Shown here piece after piece: positions 50,321 through 60,926 of a stretch of DNA of 64,000 nt (position 1 is its first letter; each line of letters starts with the position of its first letter). The notes below the pieces were generated by a model, which was given only the letters and a program-made list of their open reading frames with translations, did no database searches and was not told where the DNA came from. Position numbers and translations under genes: made by a program. Origin of the DNA: a virus. The stretch is taken from positions 64,001 through 128,000 of IMG/VR virus record IMGVR_UViG_3300032236_001530. One strand, 5' to 3'.

Positions 50321-51370
50321 ATGGTTAAAAAATTCAATCAATATATTTCAGAAAGTAATTCTGATTACTTGCTATACTATGCCTTTGACTGGGATGATAA
50401 TATACTTTATATGCCTACTGTAATCCACATGGAAAGAAAAGAAGGTAATGAGTGGGTACCAGAAGATGTTTCTACTTCTAAATTTGCAGAAGTTAGAAAT
50501 GACAAAGAAAATTATAGACTAACAAATGACGCTTTCTCTGACTTTAGAGACACGGGTCCAAAAGGTGGTTCTATCTTTTTAGAAGATGCTAAAAAGGCAA
50601 TATCCGCTGGTAAGTTTGGTCCAGCTTGGCATGATTTTATTGAATGTTTATCAAATGGTTCTTTATTTGCTATCATAACAGCTCGTGGTCATGAGTCTGA
50701 AACTATGAGAAAAGGAGTAGAGTGGATAATAGATAATATTCTAACAGAAGAACAAGTTTATAGTATGTATAATCATCTTATGATGTATGCTTATCATTTT
50801 TCTCAGGATAGAGGAGAATCTCAAGAAAGAGTTTTAGTTGGTAAACCATCTGAAAATAAATTGGTTAAAGAATATTTAGACAATTGTGATTTTATTGGGG
50901 TGTCAGCACCTTCAAGAGGTGGTTCGCCTGCAAATCCGGAAAAGTCTAAAGAAGAAGCTCTTCTTACATTTCAACATAAAATTGATGAATTTGCTGCAAA
51001 AAGAGGTCTTAAAGCAAAAATTGGTTTCTCTGATGATGACTTAAAGAATGTTAAGCACATTGAAGATTTATATGCTAACCTATCAAAAGAAAGATTTCCA
51101 AATATTACTGAGTTTATAGTAAAAGGAACTAAGGATCCTAAAAATATTACTAAAACTATCAGAACTATGGAATCATCTGAACAAACTCCTGGTTTGGAAT
51201 CATCAGTTCTTAAATTCACAGAATTTGGAAATATGACAGGTCAATTATACCCACAAGGCCCTGACCAAAGACAAGATGATTTTGCTAATCAATTCAAAAG
51301 ACAAACTAAATATCTAACTAAAACATCAAAGGAAATTTTAGGTGATAAAAAACGTAAAAAAAAAGATTAA
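50321..51370 (+). CDS. HAD-superfamily-like protein with an MVKKFNQYISE leader
   Basis: FDWDDN (DxD), IITARG, K, FSDDD. Confidence 0.6.
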   Translation: MVKKFNQYISESNSDYLLYYAFDWDDNILYMPTVIHMERKEGNEWVPEDVSTSKFAEVRNDKENYRLTNDAFSDFRDTGPKGGSIFLEDAKKAISAGKFGPAWHDFIECLSNGSLFAIITARGHESETMRKGVEWIIDNILTEEQVYSMYNHLMMYAYHFSQDRGESQERVLVGKPSENKLVKEYLDNCDFIGVSAPSRGGSPANPEKSKEEALLTFQHKIDEFAAKRGLKAKIGFSDDDLKNVKHIEDLYANLSKERFPNITEFIVKGTKDPKNITKTIRTMESSEQTPGLESSVLKFTEFGNMTGQLYPQGPDQRQDDFANQFKRQTKYLTKTSKEILGDKKRKKKD

Positions 51371-51412
51371 CTGAAATCTCAAAAGGTTATAAAGTTAATC
51401 CAGTTAATAAAT

Positions 51413-51444
51413 AAAAAAACCCACTCAATTTGAGTGGGTTTTTT
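51413..51444. terminator. Bidirectional terminator
   Basis: aaaaaacccactcaatttgagtgggtttttt. Confidence 0.88.
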
Positions 51445-51463
51445 GTTTTATTTAATATCAGTA

Positions 51464-53410
51464 TTAGTTTGATACTAATGTTACTGTTATTGGTGATCCA
51501 GCTGTAAATGGTGCTCCTGCAGTTTGTATTTGTGTAGCACCTGTCATTATAAATTGACCTAGGTTTTGGTAACCCGATGTGTATATTATATTAGCAGCAG
51601 GTACCGTATAGATAGCTGAATGTCCTCCTTGTGTCAATGTTAATGTACCACCATTAGCATCCATGGATGTTAAAACAGATGAAGCATCCGCACTATACAT
51701 ATCATAGCCAAATAGTGAGATATTATATGGAGCTCTTACACCATTTTCTGTTCTAAAGTCTGGATTCAATGTATTGACATATCCTATACCTGTAGCCCCA
51801 TTTTTATTCATAGTCATTTTACCAGCTGAATTAGGTGTAGTTAATGAGCCACTTTCAGTACCTGATAATAGATAAGTAAATGTTCCAGATGATGCACCAC
51901 CTCCGCCACCAGAAGCAGATATTATTATATTTAAGTCAATTGATAGTCCATATGTGAATGGAGTTGAAGCACTAGCAACCATAGTAGCATTTTGAGTTGG
52001 TATAGCAAGGTAGGATTGAGTTCCAGATCCACCAACACTTGCAATGTTTTGTCCAAGTGTATAAACAGCTTGATTTGAACCTTGAGCTATGGATATTGTA
52101 CCACCATTTGATTTTAAATTATTAAATTGTGTTGTGTAATCTGTTCCATTATTTCCTATAACATTAAAGTAAAGATTATTATTAGCACCACCAGATATTT
52201 TATTTGGACTAAATGTGTTGTAAGAACTGTATGTACCACCATTGACTACAAATATAGCATTGCTTTTATTAATAGGTGGACCTACTGTTATAATACCCTC
52301 AGTTGATTGATAGAAGAACCAAGAACCTGTAGCACCAGACGAACCACTAGAACCTGATGATCCACTAGATCCCGACGAGCCACTAGATCCTGATGATCCA
52401 GCTGAGCCACCAATATGTAGCGTCATTGACCCATAGTTAGAACCAGTTCCCCAATGGTAAACATAATCACCATTTGTTACTCCTAGGTCAGATAGTGTTT
52501 TATTATTAAATGTTGTGCTACCTGAAATTACACCACTTGTATAACCAGTTGGTACAACTAAATATCTATTACTACTAGTAAGCCCATCACCAATCAAACC
52601 AAATCCACTTCCCGAACCAGTAGAACCACCCATTCCAGAACCTGTACCAAAACTAAATGTACCTAGTGATGGTCCTGTGTATCTATCAACATTATACCAA
52701 GATCCACTATAGAATGTTCCTGTGTCAGGTCCTATACCTCCTTGACCGATTGGAATATTATCAATATATGTTAAATCACCAAGATTAAAACTACCGGTAC
52801 CTATTAAAATAACATCAGATCCTATTTGAGTTAATGTTATTATAAAACTAGATGTACCACCTGAACCACTAGATCCTGAAGATCCGCTTGATCCGGAAGA
52901 TCCACTTGATCCGGAAGATCCTGAAGATCCACTTGAACCACTTGATCCGGATGTACCTGAACTACCTGAAGTACCGGATGAACCACTTGAACCACTAGAT
53001 CCTGAAGATCCGCTTGAACCAGAAGATCCGCTTGATCCAAGATTTAAGAGTCCAAAATTACCACTATTATTTAGCCAATTTTTTGCTGAATTGATATCAA
53101 GAAATGATTGAGTATTACCTGGTAATCTATTGATTAGTTCTAATAAAGCAGCATCTGTTTTACCTTTACTTCTAAAAAATGTAGGTTTATAAGCTAATGC
53201 TGTGGAATTTCCATTACCAGCTGGTCTACCATATAGATTTGTTGAACTTGTATCAGAGTAAATTACATATCCTGCGTCATCACTAACACCTCCATACCAA
53301 CCACCAGTTGTATAGTCAACTTGTCCTATAGCAATAGCTAAGGTTCCTATTTGTGTAGCCCCTGGTATATAAGTACCACTTGGGTTATATTTTACATCAT
53401 ATATAGCCAT
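51464..53410 (-). CDS. Gly/Ser/Thr-rich probable fibre or decoration protein with (SSG)n linkers
   Basis: Beta-rich domains separated by two GSS repeat blocks (about 52855-53040 and 52335-52405). Confidence 0.55.
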   Translation of the reverse strand: MAIYDVKYNPSGTYIPGATQIGTLAIAIGQVDYTTGGWYGGVSDDAGYVIYSDTSSTNLYGRPAGNGNSTALAYKPTFFRSKGKTDAALLELINRLPGNTQSFLDINSAKNWLNNSGNFGLLNLGSSGSSGSSGSSGSSGSSGSSGTSGSSGTSGSSGSSGSSGSSGSSGSSGSSGSSGSSGSGGTSSFIITLTQIGSDVILIGTGSFNLGDLTYIDNIPIGQGGIGPDTGTFYSGSWYNVDRYTGPSLGTFSFGTGSGMGGSTGSGSGFGLIGDGLTSSNRYLVVPTGYTSGVISGSTTFNNKTLSDLGVTNGDYVYHWGTGSNYGSMTLHIGGSAGSSGSSGSSGSSGSSGSSGSSGATGSWFFYQSTEGIITVGPPINKSNAIFVVNGGTYSSYNTFSPNKISGGANNNLYFNVIGNNGTDYTTQFNNLKSNGGTISIAQGSNQAVYTLGQNIASVGGSGTQSYLAIPTQNATMVASASTPFTYGLSIDLNIIISASGGGGGASSGTFTYLLSGTESGSLTTPNSAGKMTMNKNGATGIGYVNTLNPDFRTENGVRAPYNISLFGYDMYSADASSVLTSMDANGGTLTLTQGGHSAIYTVPAANIIYTSGYQNLGQFIMTGATQIQTAGAPFTAGSPITVTLVSN

Positions 53411-53469
53411 ATATTAAGTTTTAATTTATAACGTATATATTAAAAATCAAAACTTAATATATAGTGAAT

Positions 53470-55332
53470 ATGAAATTTTTATCAAGCTACTTAGATTTTA
53501 TTTTTGAGGCGGTCACTAAACAAGAAATGAGACTTTATTTCTCAGATGAGTTTAGAGATATGTTGAGAAGATTTCAAGATAAATCAAGTATTGCACAAGC
53601 TTTATTAAGCTCAGAAGATTCTAATCAAATGACTGATGTCTATACTCTAATAGATATCACTGAAAAGAATGATACAATTTCATTAATACAAGTAAATAGA
53701 ATAACCAGAGCCAATCCCGAATTAGGCGAAACATTACCATATAACATTCGTAATAAGAAAAGAGGAAGTGAATTTTGGACTAAAGCAAGAACTGAAATAG
53801 GTATTGGTAGATGGGTTAGAAGAATATTTACCGAAGTTCATAAATCAACTATACTGGATTCTAAAATTGAAGAGTTTGTTAATTTATACAAGGCGGCCTT
53901 TGATGGTGGTGATGTATCAAGGTTTGAATTGGTTAGTGGAGAGGATATTAGAAAATGGTATTATGAGAATAATTATGAGGAAAAAAGAGGTCAATTAGGA
54001 AACTCTTGTATGAGGTACTTTAGTTGTCAAAGTTATTTTGATATTTATGTTAAAAATCCTGAAGTTTGTAAATTACTTATTTTAAAATCTGAAAGTGAAC
54101 CAAATAAAATTACAGGTAGAGCTTTGGTATGGAAGTTAATAGATGGATCTTATTATATGGATAGAATCTATACTATAAATGATTCTGATAGATTTCTATT
54201 TAAAGACTATGCAAAGAAAAACAATATTGAGAACTTACACGAAGATAAATTTGATATCACTGTTCAATTAGGGGATCATACATACACTAAATATCCATAT
54301 ATGGATACCTTTGTTGTTTATAATCCAAAAACTAAAATTTTAAAAGATGATGAGGATTTATGGCCTAATAATGGTTATATTAAACTACAAAGCACGAATG
54401 GTGGATTTTCCTCTGATGATGTTGTTTATTCAGAATGGCATGGTGAATATATCAATAGACAAAATGCGGTTTATTGTAGTAATGTCGAGGATTGGTTAGA
54501 CAGAGATGAAGCAAAATATTTAGAATATAAAGATATATGGGTAGCACCAAATGATGATGTTGTTTACTCAGAATACCACTCAGAGTATTTCCTTATGGAT
54601 GATACTGTTTATTCTGATTTAATGAATGATACACTATATCCAGATAGTAAAGATGTTATAGATATACAAATTAATTCAGATGGTGATACAGATTGGGGTG
54701 TTAAATCAAGAACCGATCTTTATATAATAGGATGGGTAGATGAAAGACCTAGATATTACCTAAGAGAAAACTATATTAAAAATCCTTTTACTGGTGAATA
54801 TCATTTCAAAGATGAAGATATAGATGGTGTTAAATTTAGTAATTATTTAGATAAAAAAATAGCTGAGAAATTAGATATTGTATTAGATGATAAAAACACT
54901 GATAGAAATGGTAAACCACATGATTCATTGGTTCAAAAAGTAAGAGTAGAATTAAAAAATCTAATGAAAGATTTTGAAATCACAGACAATATAAAAGAAG
55001 CTATTGATAACAATAATATTTGGAATAATAGTGTTAGAAATGTTTTTTGGGGATTACATAAAGATAATATGCCAACTGAAGAAGATATGTTTTTGGTAAT
55101 TAAAGCTTATCCAACAATCTATCCTATGTCTAATCCATATGTACAATTTATGAGTTTAACTTGGAATAAACTTATGACAACAATAATTGAAGACTTTTCA
55201 GGAAGTGAAAAGAAGTTCAATATATTTAAATCAGAAGGTATATTAAGAAATATGACTAAAGCCGCTTATATCTTTGACTATTCTTTATTTCCTGAAGAAA
55301 TTTATCTTAGATACTTATTTATCACTATCTAA
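53470..55332 (+). CDS. Large hypothetical protein
   Basis: LGNSCMRY, GRALVW, YMDRIY and repeated DDVVYSE(W/Y)H units; MKFLSSYLDFIFE leader. Confidence 0.6.
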   Translation: MKFLSSYLDFIFEAVTKQEMRLYFSDEFRDMLRRFQDKSSIAQALLSSEDSNQMTDVYTLIDITEKNDTISLIQVNRITRANPELGETLPYNIRNKKRGSEFWTKARTEIGIGRWVRRIFTEVHKSTILDSKIEEFVNLYKAAFDGGDVSRFELVSGEDIRKWYYENNYEEKRGQLGNSCMRYFSCQSYFDIYVKNPEVCKLLILKSESEPNKITGRALVWKLIDGSYYMDRIYTINDSDRFLFKDYAKKNNIENLHEDKFDITVQLGDHTYTKYPYMDTFVVYNPKTKILKDDEDLWPNNGYIKLQSTNGGFSSDDVVYSEWHGEYINRQNAVYCSNVEDWLDRDEAKYLEYKDIWVAPNDDVVYSEYHSEYFLMDDTVYSDLMNDTLYPDSKDVIDIQINSDGDTDWGVKSRTDLYIIGWVDERPRYYLRENYIKNPFTGEYHFKDEDIDGVKFSNYLDKKIAEKLDIVLDDKNTDRNGKPHDSLVQKVRVELKNLMKDFEITDNIKEAIDNNNIWNNSVRNVFWGLHKDNMPTEEDMFLVIKAYPTIYPMSNPYVQFMSLTWNKLMTTIIEDFSGSEKKFNIFKSEGILRNMTKAAYIFDYSLFPEEIYLRYLFITI

Positions 55333-55653
55333 TATATCATCAAGTTTCTTAGCTCTAACTTCTTGAGTGGTGTTATTAGAGCCTGTTTCCCATTTTACTT
55401 TATATTCTTGAATGAACTTTTTAGCATCTTCCAAATTTTTATATTCTTTACCATGTCTAGCAATACTATCAAAAGTTGCTTCTTGCATATAATCACATAA
55501 CTCAGATGTTAATTTGAGACTATTATTATTGGTATTACCATATGAAATAACATAGTACTTCCATTCTACTCTTGTAGTTGAGAATATACCATAAACACCT
55601 ATGTTTGAATGGTCTTTTATTTTTTCCTCGTATAAAAATCTACCTTTTTGCAT
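55315..55653 (-). CDS. Hypothetical protein
   Basis: C-terminal RAKKLDDIL. Confidence 0.55.
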   Translation of the reverse strand: MQKGRFLYEEKIKDHSNIGVYGIFSTTRVEWKYYVISYGNTNNNSLKLTSELCDYMQEATFDSIARHGKEYKNLEDAKKFIQEYKVKWETGSNNTTQEVRAKKLDDILDSDK

Positions 55654-55889
55654 TATTTTATAAATTGATCTATTTTAATATCTCTTTCGATTGCTTGTTG
55701 ATTCATATGATACCACCTACGAAAATCATGAGAGTAATAAATGAATTCTTTTACTGTACCATCTTCGTTAGTTTCGGCTTGACAAGCTTGACCCATTATA
55801 AATTGATTCCAACTTTCTTTCCAGATTTCCGGAATATCAGAGTCTCTAACGTTTCTACCTTCCTCATAAACTTGTCTTAAATTTTTCAT
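55653..55889 (-). CDS. Hypothetical protein
   Basis: TATATTTG just upstream; C-terminal RDIKIDQFI. Confidence 0.55.
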   Translation of the reverse strand: MKNLRQVYEEGRNVRDSDIPEIWKESWNQFIMGQACQAETNEDGTVKEFIYYSHDFRRWYHMNQQAIERDIKIDQFIK

Positions 55890-55900
55890 ATACAAATATA

Positions 55901-56806
55901 CTAATTTATTTCAATATTTAATATTTTAAATATTTTGTTTTTCTTTTTATATGATATTCTTATTAGCTTAATATCATTTTCTAAACACCAATTACTCTTA
56001 ATATCATCATTTATTTTTATTCTTTTTAGTGTCAATTCACCACCAAATATTTCAGACGGTCTATAGTGTAGTTCACCATCATATTCTATACATATTTTAT
56101 AATCAGGTAAATAGAAATCAAATGGTAACTCTTTGATATTTTTACAAGTTTCAAATTTCTTTTCTCTTATATAACTAATTGAATTTTTATCTAGAAATTC
56201 TTTTATCTTTTTTTCACCAAATGATTTTCTATTAGTTTCACATCCTAAAAAATCCACATATCCTTTCCAATTGTCTCTATAGACATAATCGGGTCTTTTG
56301 GGTAAAAACTCTATATTATTATCTTCTATGTAATTTATATACTCAGATTGTTGTGTAAATTTTATATCATTTATAAATTTTTTAGCTTCCTCATATGTTA
56401 AAAATAAATTACGTTTATGTATAGGTGGTGTCTTTTTAATAGATAAGAAATTCTGCCAACCCTCCCATTTATTTTGCTTTTTATAAACATGATCTGGTCT
56501 ATTTGGTATTTTTTTATCAATATTTACTTTAGTGAACTCATAAAAGTCTCCCCTATTGCTAAATTTCATCTCACTAATTATTGATTTACAATACTCATAA
56601 TCATAATACTCTCTATTATTATAACTTTCAATACCTGAATCTAACCAATCTGACAGTGATACCCATTCATTTTTATAATATACATTAGGATTTGATGGAA
56701 TTTTATAAATCTTTGACTTACCCTTTATCCAATTATCCCATTCTTTTTTACTTTTTAATCTTTGTTTTCTGACAACTTTTCTAGCATCTTTGAATAACAA
56801 ATACAT
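55901..56806 (-). CDS. Putative endonuclease: three N-terminal repeats plus a PD-(D/E)xK/Vsr-like domain
   Basis: Repeats IP..P..YK..W.G..DFL; LPFDFYLP...IEYDG.LHY; D..K..WC....IKLIRI.Y. Confidence 0.7.
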   Translation of the reverse strand: MYLLFKDARKVVRKQRLKSKKEWDNWIKGKSKIYKIPSNPNVYYKNEWVSLSDWLDSGIESYNNREYYDYEYCKSIISEMKFSNRGDFYEFTKVNIDKKIPNRPDHVYKKQNKWEGWQNFLSIKKTPPIHKRNLFLTYEEAKKFINDIKFTQQSEYINYIEDNNIEFLPKRPDYVYRDNWKGYVDFLGCETNRKSFGEKKIKEFLDKNSISYIREKKFETCKNIKELPFDFYLPDYKICIEYDGELHYRPSEIFGGELTLKRIKINDDIKSNWCLENDIKLIRISYKKKNKIFKILNIEIN

Positions 56807-56866
56807 AAACAATCTTGTGTTTTTTAATATATATTAAAATCGTGTGCCCCTATTGTAAAAATAAAT

Positions 56867-58057
56867 ATGGATCAGAATTATATAAAAGATATTATCCAAA
56901 GAGTTCTTAATAAGGAATTTTCTTCTACACATAGAAGAAAAATAGTTCCATATACAGATCGTCTGAATATATGTTGTCCATATTGTGGTGATGGAAAATC
57001 AGACCATAAAAAAAGAGGTAACTTCTACTACAATCGTCTTATTTACATTTGCTTTAACTGTGATAAGAAAACAACCTTTGATAGATTCTGTAAAGACTTC
57101 AATGAACAATTAGATCCTGATAAAAAGTTAGAAATGATTGAACACTTAAATAGTGTTATGACTTACTCTGACTATGAAGGTGATTTTGTTGATGCCAGAT
57201 TTGAAAATCTAATTGATATGTCCGAACTTGAAAGAGTATTTAGTCAAGATTTAACCCCCATTTCAGACTTCAAACCAATTCAAGTGAATGGTGGTGTTTA
57301 TAAATATTTAGTAGGTCGTGGTATTCCACCAGAATATCATAAGAATATCTATCAAGCTAAATACTGGAAGAATGAAGATGAATCTGAATGGATTATCGCT
57401 CTGTTAAATCGTAGAGGTGATAAAGTTTTAGGTATGCAGATTCGTAACTTAAAAGAAGGTAAAAGAAGAACATTTAAAATCTATAATTATGAGAATCTTT
57501 TAGAGTGGGTTAGTCTTGGTAAAGATTTACCTGAGCCGGATATGAATGATTTAGTTATTTATAATAAGCTATCTTATTACTTCAATATACTTAATGTTAA
57601 TCTTGAAAGTAAAATAACCGTATTTGAAGGTTATCTTGACTCACTTTTCTTTCCTAACTCAATTGGTCTTGTTGGTGTAAACACTGACTTTAGATTTTTA
57701 GAGAATAATAACTTAGATTTACAATATTTCTTTGATAATGACGAGGCTGGTTATAAGAAATCAGAAGAAAAGCTAAAAGAAGGATATCCTATTTTCTTAT
57801 GGAAGAAATTATTTGAAGATATTGTTAATAAAAAGAATGCACCAGATCCATATAGATTATTACATAGAATTAGTAAGGTAAAAGATATTAATAAATTAGC
57901 TGAATTGGTTCCGGAACCTTATAAAAAACTTGATTTAGATAGCTTCTTTAGTCAAGATATAATGGATATTAAGTGGATTCCTAAGTTTAGGAGAAGAAAA
58001 AAGACAGAGGAAGAAACTGATTACAATAAGAAGTTTGCCAACTTCAAAAATCTTTAA
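56867..58057 (+). CDS. DNA primase (T4 gp61-like)
   Basis: CPYCGD...CFNC zinc finger; TOPRIM motifs VFEG.LDSLF and FFDND.AG. Confidence 0.88.
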   Translation: MDQNYIKDIIQRVLNKEFSSTHRRKIVPYTDRLNICCPYCGDGKSDHKKRGNFYYNRLIYICFNCDKKTTFDRFCKDFNEQLDPDKKLEMIEHLNSVMTYSDYEGDFVDARFENLIDMSELERVFSQDLTPISDFKPIQVNGGVYKYLVGRGIPPEYHKNIYQAKYWKNEDESEWIIALLNRRGDKVLGMQIRNLKEGKRRTFKIYNYENLLEWVSLGKDLPEPDMNDLVIYNKLSYYFNILNVNLESKITVFEGYLDSLFFPNSIGLVGVNTDFRFLENNNLDLQYFFDNDEAGYKKSEEKLKEGYPIFLWKKLFEDIVNKKNAPDPYRLLHRISKVKDINKLAELVPEPYKKLDLDSFFSQDIMDIKWIPKFRRRKKTEEETDYNKKFANFKNL

Positions 58058-58193
58058 GTAATTCTTTTGGCTTTTCTCGACTTCTATATTTTTTTTCATT
58101 TCTCTGGTGTTTTATTGAGCAATACTTCTTTAACTTATCGAAATCGCAGTTTATGACAATCTCTTTATTACAATTTCTGTAATTACACTTCAT
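58044..58193 (-). CDS. Small Cys-rich protein (49 aa; below the track cut-off)
   Basis: MKCNYRNCNKEIVINCDFDKLKKYCSIKHQRNEKKYRSREKPKELLKDF. Confidence 0.5.
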   Translation of the reverse strand: MKCNYRNCNKEIVINCDFDKLKKYCSIKHQRNEKKYRSREKPKELLKDF

Positions 58194-58845
58194 AGTTTTG
58201 TTTATCTCTTTTTATATCTCTATTTACCTTACTACAAAGAGGTTGTAGATTTGTATAATGATTTAATCTTATTAAATCTTCTTCTGTAGTAGCCGTTGAT
58301 AATGGAACTATATGATCGATATCCCAACCATAGTCGAATTCACCATTATATAGACCCTTGTTATCTCAATTCATCCAAGGTTCGAATTTGGACTCTATGT
58401 GTAATTTAAAATCATCAAATGAGCATCCTAAAATATCAACAGTTTTTTTAGATTTTTTAAATCCATTTGTTTTAAATAGTGTGTGTATATTCTTTCTTAT
58501 TCTCTCGGTGAGAAAATATAATATATCTGTTTTACTTCTTTTTTTCTTATACTCTCTTTTATAATTTCGATATCTAATTTTTACAGATTCTTTTGAGTTA
58601 TACTCTTTAATTTTATCTTTATTTATCTCATGGTATAAATTACTTATATCATTTAATCTGTCTTTATTTTCCTTATAAAAATTAGACCTTCTAATTTTAA
58701 TTTTTAATTTATTTTCTAAATTATACTTTTTATTAAATTCGCTAACACATTCCTTACATGTGTAATCCAGACCATCTTTAGATTTTTTTCGATTATTAAA
58801 ATTGGATATATCTTTTTCCAATCCACATTTTTTACACTTTTTCAT
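58183..58845 (-). pseudogene. HNH-type endonuclease interrupted by an in-frame TGA at 58368-58366
   Basis: ...FEPWMN*DNKGLYNGEFDYGWDIDHIVPLS...LNHYTNLQPLCSKVN; the catalytic part lies after the stop, in the same frame. Confidence 0.75.
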
Positions 58846-58879
58846 ATTATATATATATTAAAAAGTGTCCTCCACCTTT

Positions 58880-59353
58880 TTAGATGAATTTATTTTTTAA
58901 CTTTCTATACTTTTTATTCTTTAATGTTAAATATTCATCAAAGTCTAAGTTTCCGCGTTCATTATTACAATCTTTACAACAAACAACTAAGTTCACTTGT
59001 GTATTATTACCACCTTTTGAAATTGGAATTATGTGGTCAGCCGTAGCGTTTTCTTTATCTAACTCTATATCACAATAGATACAATTAGCACCTATATTAT
59101 CATCTAAGAAATCTTTAGCAAAGCCACTAGTTCTTCTTTTAACGTTTTTACCATTGTATTTAAGTCCTATAACAACAAAATCTTCCATAACCTTATACTT
59201 CTTACGGAATATTTCACAAGACTTGTAATTTTTATTTAACCCAACCACTAATTTGATTAAAAATCCCCATCTAAAATAAGTTTCTTTATCAACTGATAAG
59301 AAGTGTGGGTGTTCGGCTTTGTATATAAATTTTAATATTTTAATCAATCTCAT
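58880..59353 (-). CDS. HNH endonuclease
   Basis: CIYC, TADHIIP.SKGG.N...NLV.CC..CN..RG. Confidence 0.85.
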   Translation of the reverse strand: MRLIKILKFIYKAEHPHFLSVDKETYFRWGFLIKLVVGLNKNYKSCEIFRKKYKVMEDFVVIGLKYNGKNVKRRTSGFAKDFLDDNIGANCIYCDIELDKENATADHIIPISKGGNNTQVNLVVCCKDCNNERGNLDFDEYLTLKNKKYRKLKNKFI

Positions 59354-59431
59354 AATTTCTTCACGATTTATATATTGAAAAATACCACTTTCCTAAAAAG
59401 ATATATAAATTATAAAAAATAATTAATCACT

Positions 59432-59818
59432 ATGAATTTACCTAAAATTGGAGACATTAAAAAGTGGTCATTTGGTGAAATGACTTCTAACCCTGATGGA
59501 AAATCATCAGTAACATCAACATCAGGATTTATGATTGTAACTGTTGGTTGCTTATCTTTCTTACTTGGTGTTGTTGATAAAATGTTTATTGATAAATCAA
59601 TGGATGTTATAAATCAAGCTGTTGCTTTTACAATGATTGGTGCTGCACTAATTGGTTATAAGAATCTTACAGGTAGTAAAGTAACTATGTCTAAACATCA
59701 AGCAGATGCTGCTATTGCTACTAGCAATGCTAATACTGACTCGGATACTTCAGCTGATACAACTACGGATACTCCAGTAGATCCTAGCACTTCAACAGAT
59801 CCTAATGCTACTAAATAA
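59432..59818 (+). CDS. Two-TM membrane protein (holin-like?)
   Basis: DGK.S motif, two hydrophobic helices, T/D/S-rich tail. Confidence 0.5.
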   Translation: MNLPKIGDIKKWSFGEMTSNPDGKSSVTSTSGFMIVTVGCLSFLLGVVDKMFIDKSMDVINQAVAFTMIGAALIGYKNLTGSKVTMSKHQADAAIATSNANTDSDTSADTTTDTPVDPSTSTDPNATK

Positions 59819-59838
59819 TTATAATATTATTTAAAATT

Positions 59839-59868
59839 AAAAAAACCACTCAAATTGAGTGGTTTTTT
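59839..59868. terminator. Bidirectional terminator
   Basis: aaaaaaccactcaaattgagtggtttttt. Confidence 0.88.
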
Positions 59869-59869
59869 A

Positions 59870-60349
59870 TTATTTACCGAATTTCTTTAGTCTTGTATGT
59901 CTGTAACTTTTAGACTCAAACTTTTCTTCTTCCTCTTCACTATTCATCATCTCTTCTTCATTATCCATCTCGTTTTCTTCAACTTCATGATGACTGTGTG
60001 TATGTTCAGGTGTTGTTGATTTCTCTAAATAGTTAACAACTTCTTCAGCTGTTTTAAATTTCTTATTATCAACGTGAAAGCTTTCAGTTTCTGAGAAGAA
60101 GTTAATAGTCTTACCATCGTGTTCAATCTTATTATCTATAACTTCAGTACCAAGCATTTCTGCTAACTCAGCCATTTTCTTTTGACCTTCGTATTCACCA
60201 CCTTCTTCTTCAGGAAGTTCTGATTCTTCCATTTCAGTGTTATCCATTTCTGTTTCATGCATATCCATTTCTGGTGCTTCAACTTCATGTTCCATTTCGA
60301 AGTCCTCATTTACTTTACCTTTTACAAAGTCTGTATATCTTTTAATCAT
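59870..60349 (-). CDS. Acidic protein with an MIKRYTDF...VNE leader
   Basis: Glu/Met-rich composition. Confidence 0.6.
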   Translation of the reverse strand: MIKRYTDFVKGKVNEDFEMEHEVEAPEMDMHETEMDNTEMEESELPEEEGGEYEGQKKMAELAEMLGTEVIDNKIEHDGKTINFFSETESFHVDNKKFKTAEEVVNYLEKSTTPEHTHSHHEVEENEMDNEEEMMNSEEEEEKFESKSYRHTRLKKFGK

Positions 60350-60394
60350 AATAATAATATTATTTTTTGTATATTATAGATAGTATATATTAAA

Positions 60395-60898
60395 TTATAA
60401 ATCTTTATTTTTTTCACTTTCTAATTCACCTACAACATAATCTAAAAATGAATCTAATTCATATTCCAGGCCATTACAAAACTCAAACACATCATATGAT
60501 TCTTCATTTGGTTTTTTAGACACTGAATAAAAATCTGGTGATATTTGATTACTATTAAAAACAACTATTCTACCCTCTAATCTACCTTCAATTCTTTTAC
60601 CACTTGGGAATACTAAGTCTGGTACATACAAAGTGCCTATATAATGCACCTCATCACCATAATCTTCTGTTTCGGTGTGTTCAAATTTGAAATATCCATT
60701 ATCATCTTCAAATACTCTCTCACTTTCATCAACAATCATCTTATTATGAACTTCTTCTTGATTTCCTGACTTATGCGCATTTAGAAAATCTCTTTCATCA
60801 TCTCGCAATGAAGACATTCCATATTTAGATATTTTATCCAATATGTCATCTACTCTTTGTTGAGCTGTATATCCTTCATATCTCATTAGATGTTTCAT
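60395..60898 (-). CDS. Hypothetical protein with an MKHLMRYE leader
   Basis: VD.ILDKISKYG..SL...ER.FL helical motif. Confidence 0.6.
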   Translation of the reverse strand: MKHLMRYEGYTAQQRVDDILDKISKYGMSSLRDDERDFLNAHKSGNQEEVHNKMIVDESERVFEDDNGYFKFEHTETEDYGDEVHYIGTLYVPDLVFPSGKRIEGRLEGRIVVFNSNQISPDFYSVSKKPNEESYDVFEFCNGLEYELDSFLDYVVGELESEKNKDL

Positions 60899-60926
60899 AA
60901 TAATCATTGATGTATATATTCAATAA

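Noticed and set aside
58366-58368. Selenocysteine TGA
   Set aside because: The position corresponds to an expected Trp rather than Cys, and no SECIS-like hairpin is evident downstream.
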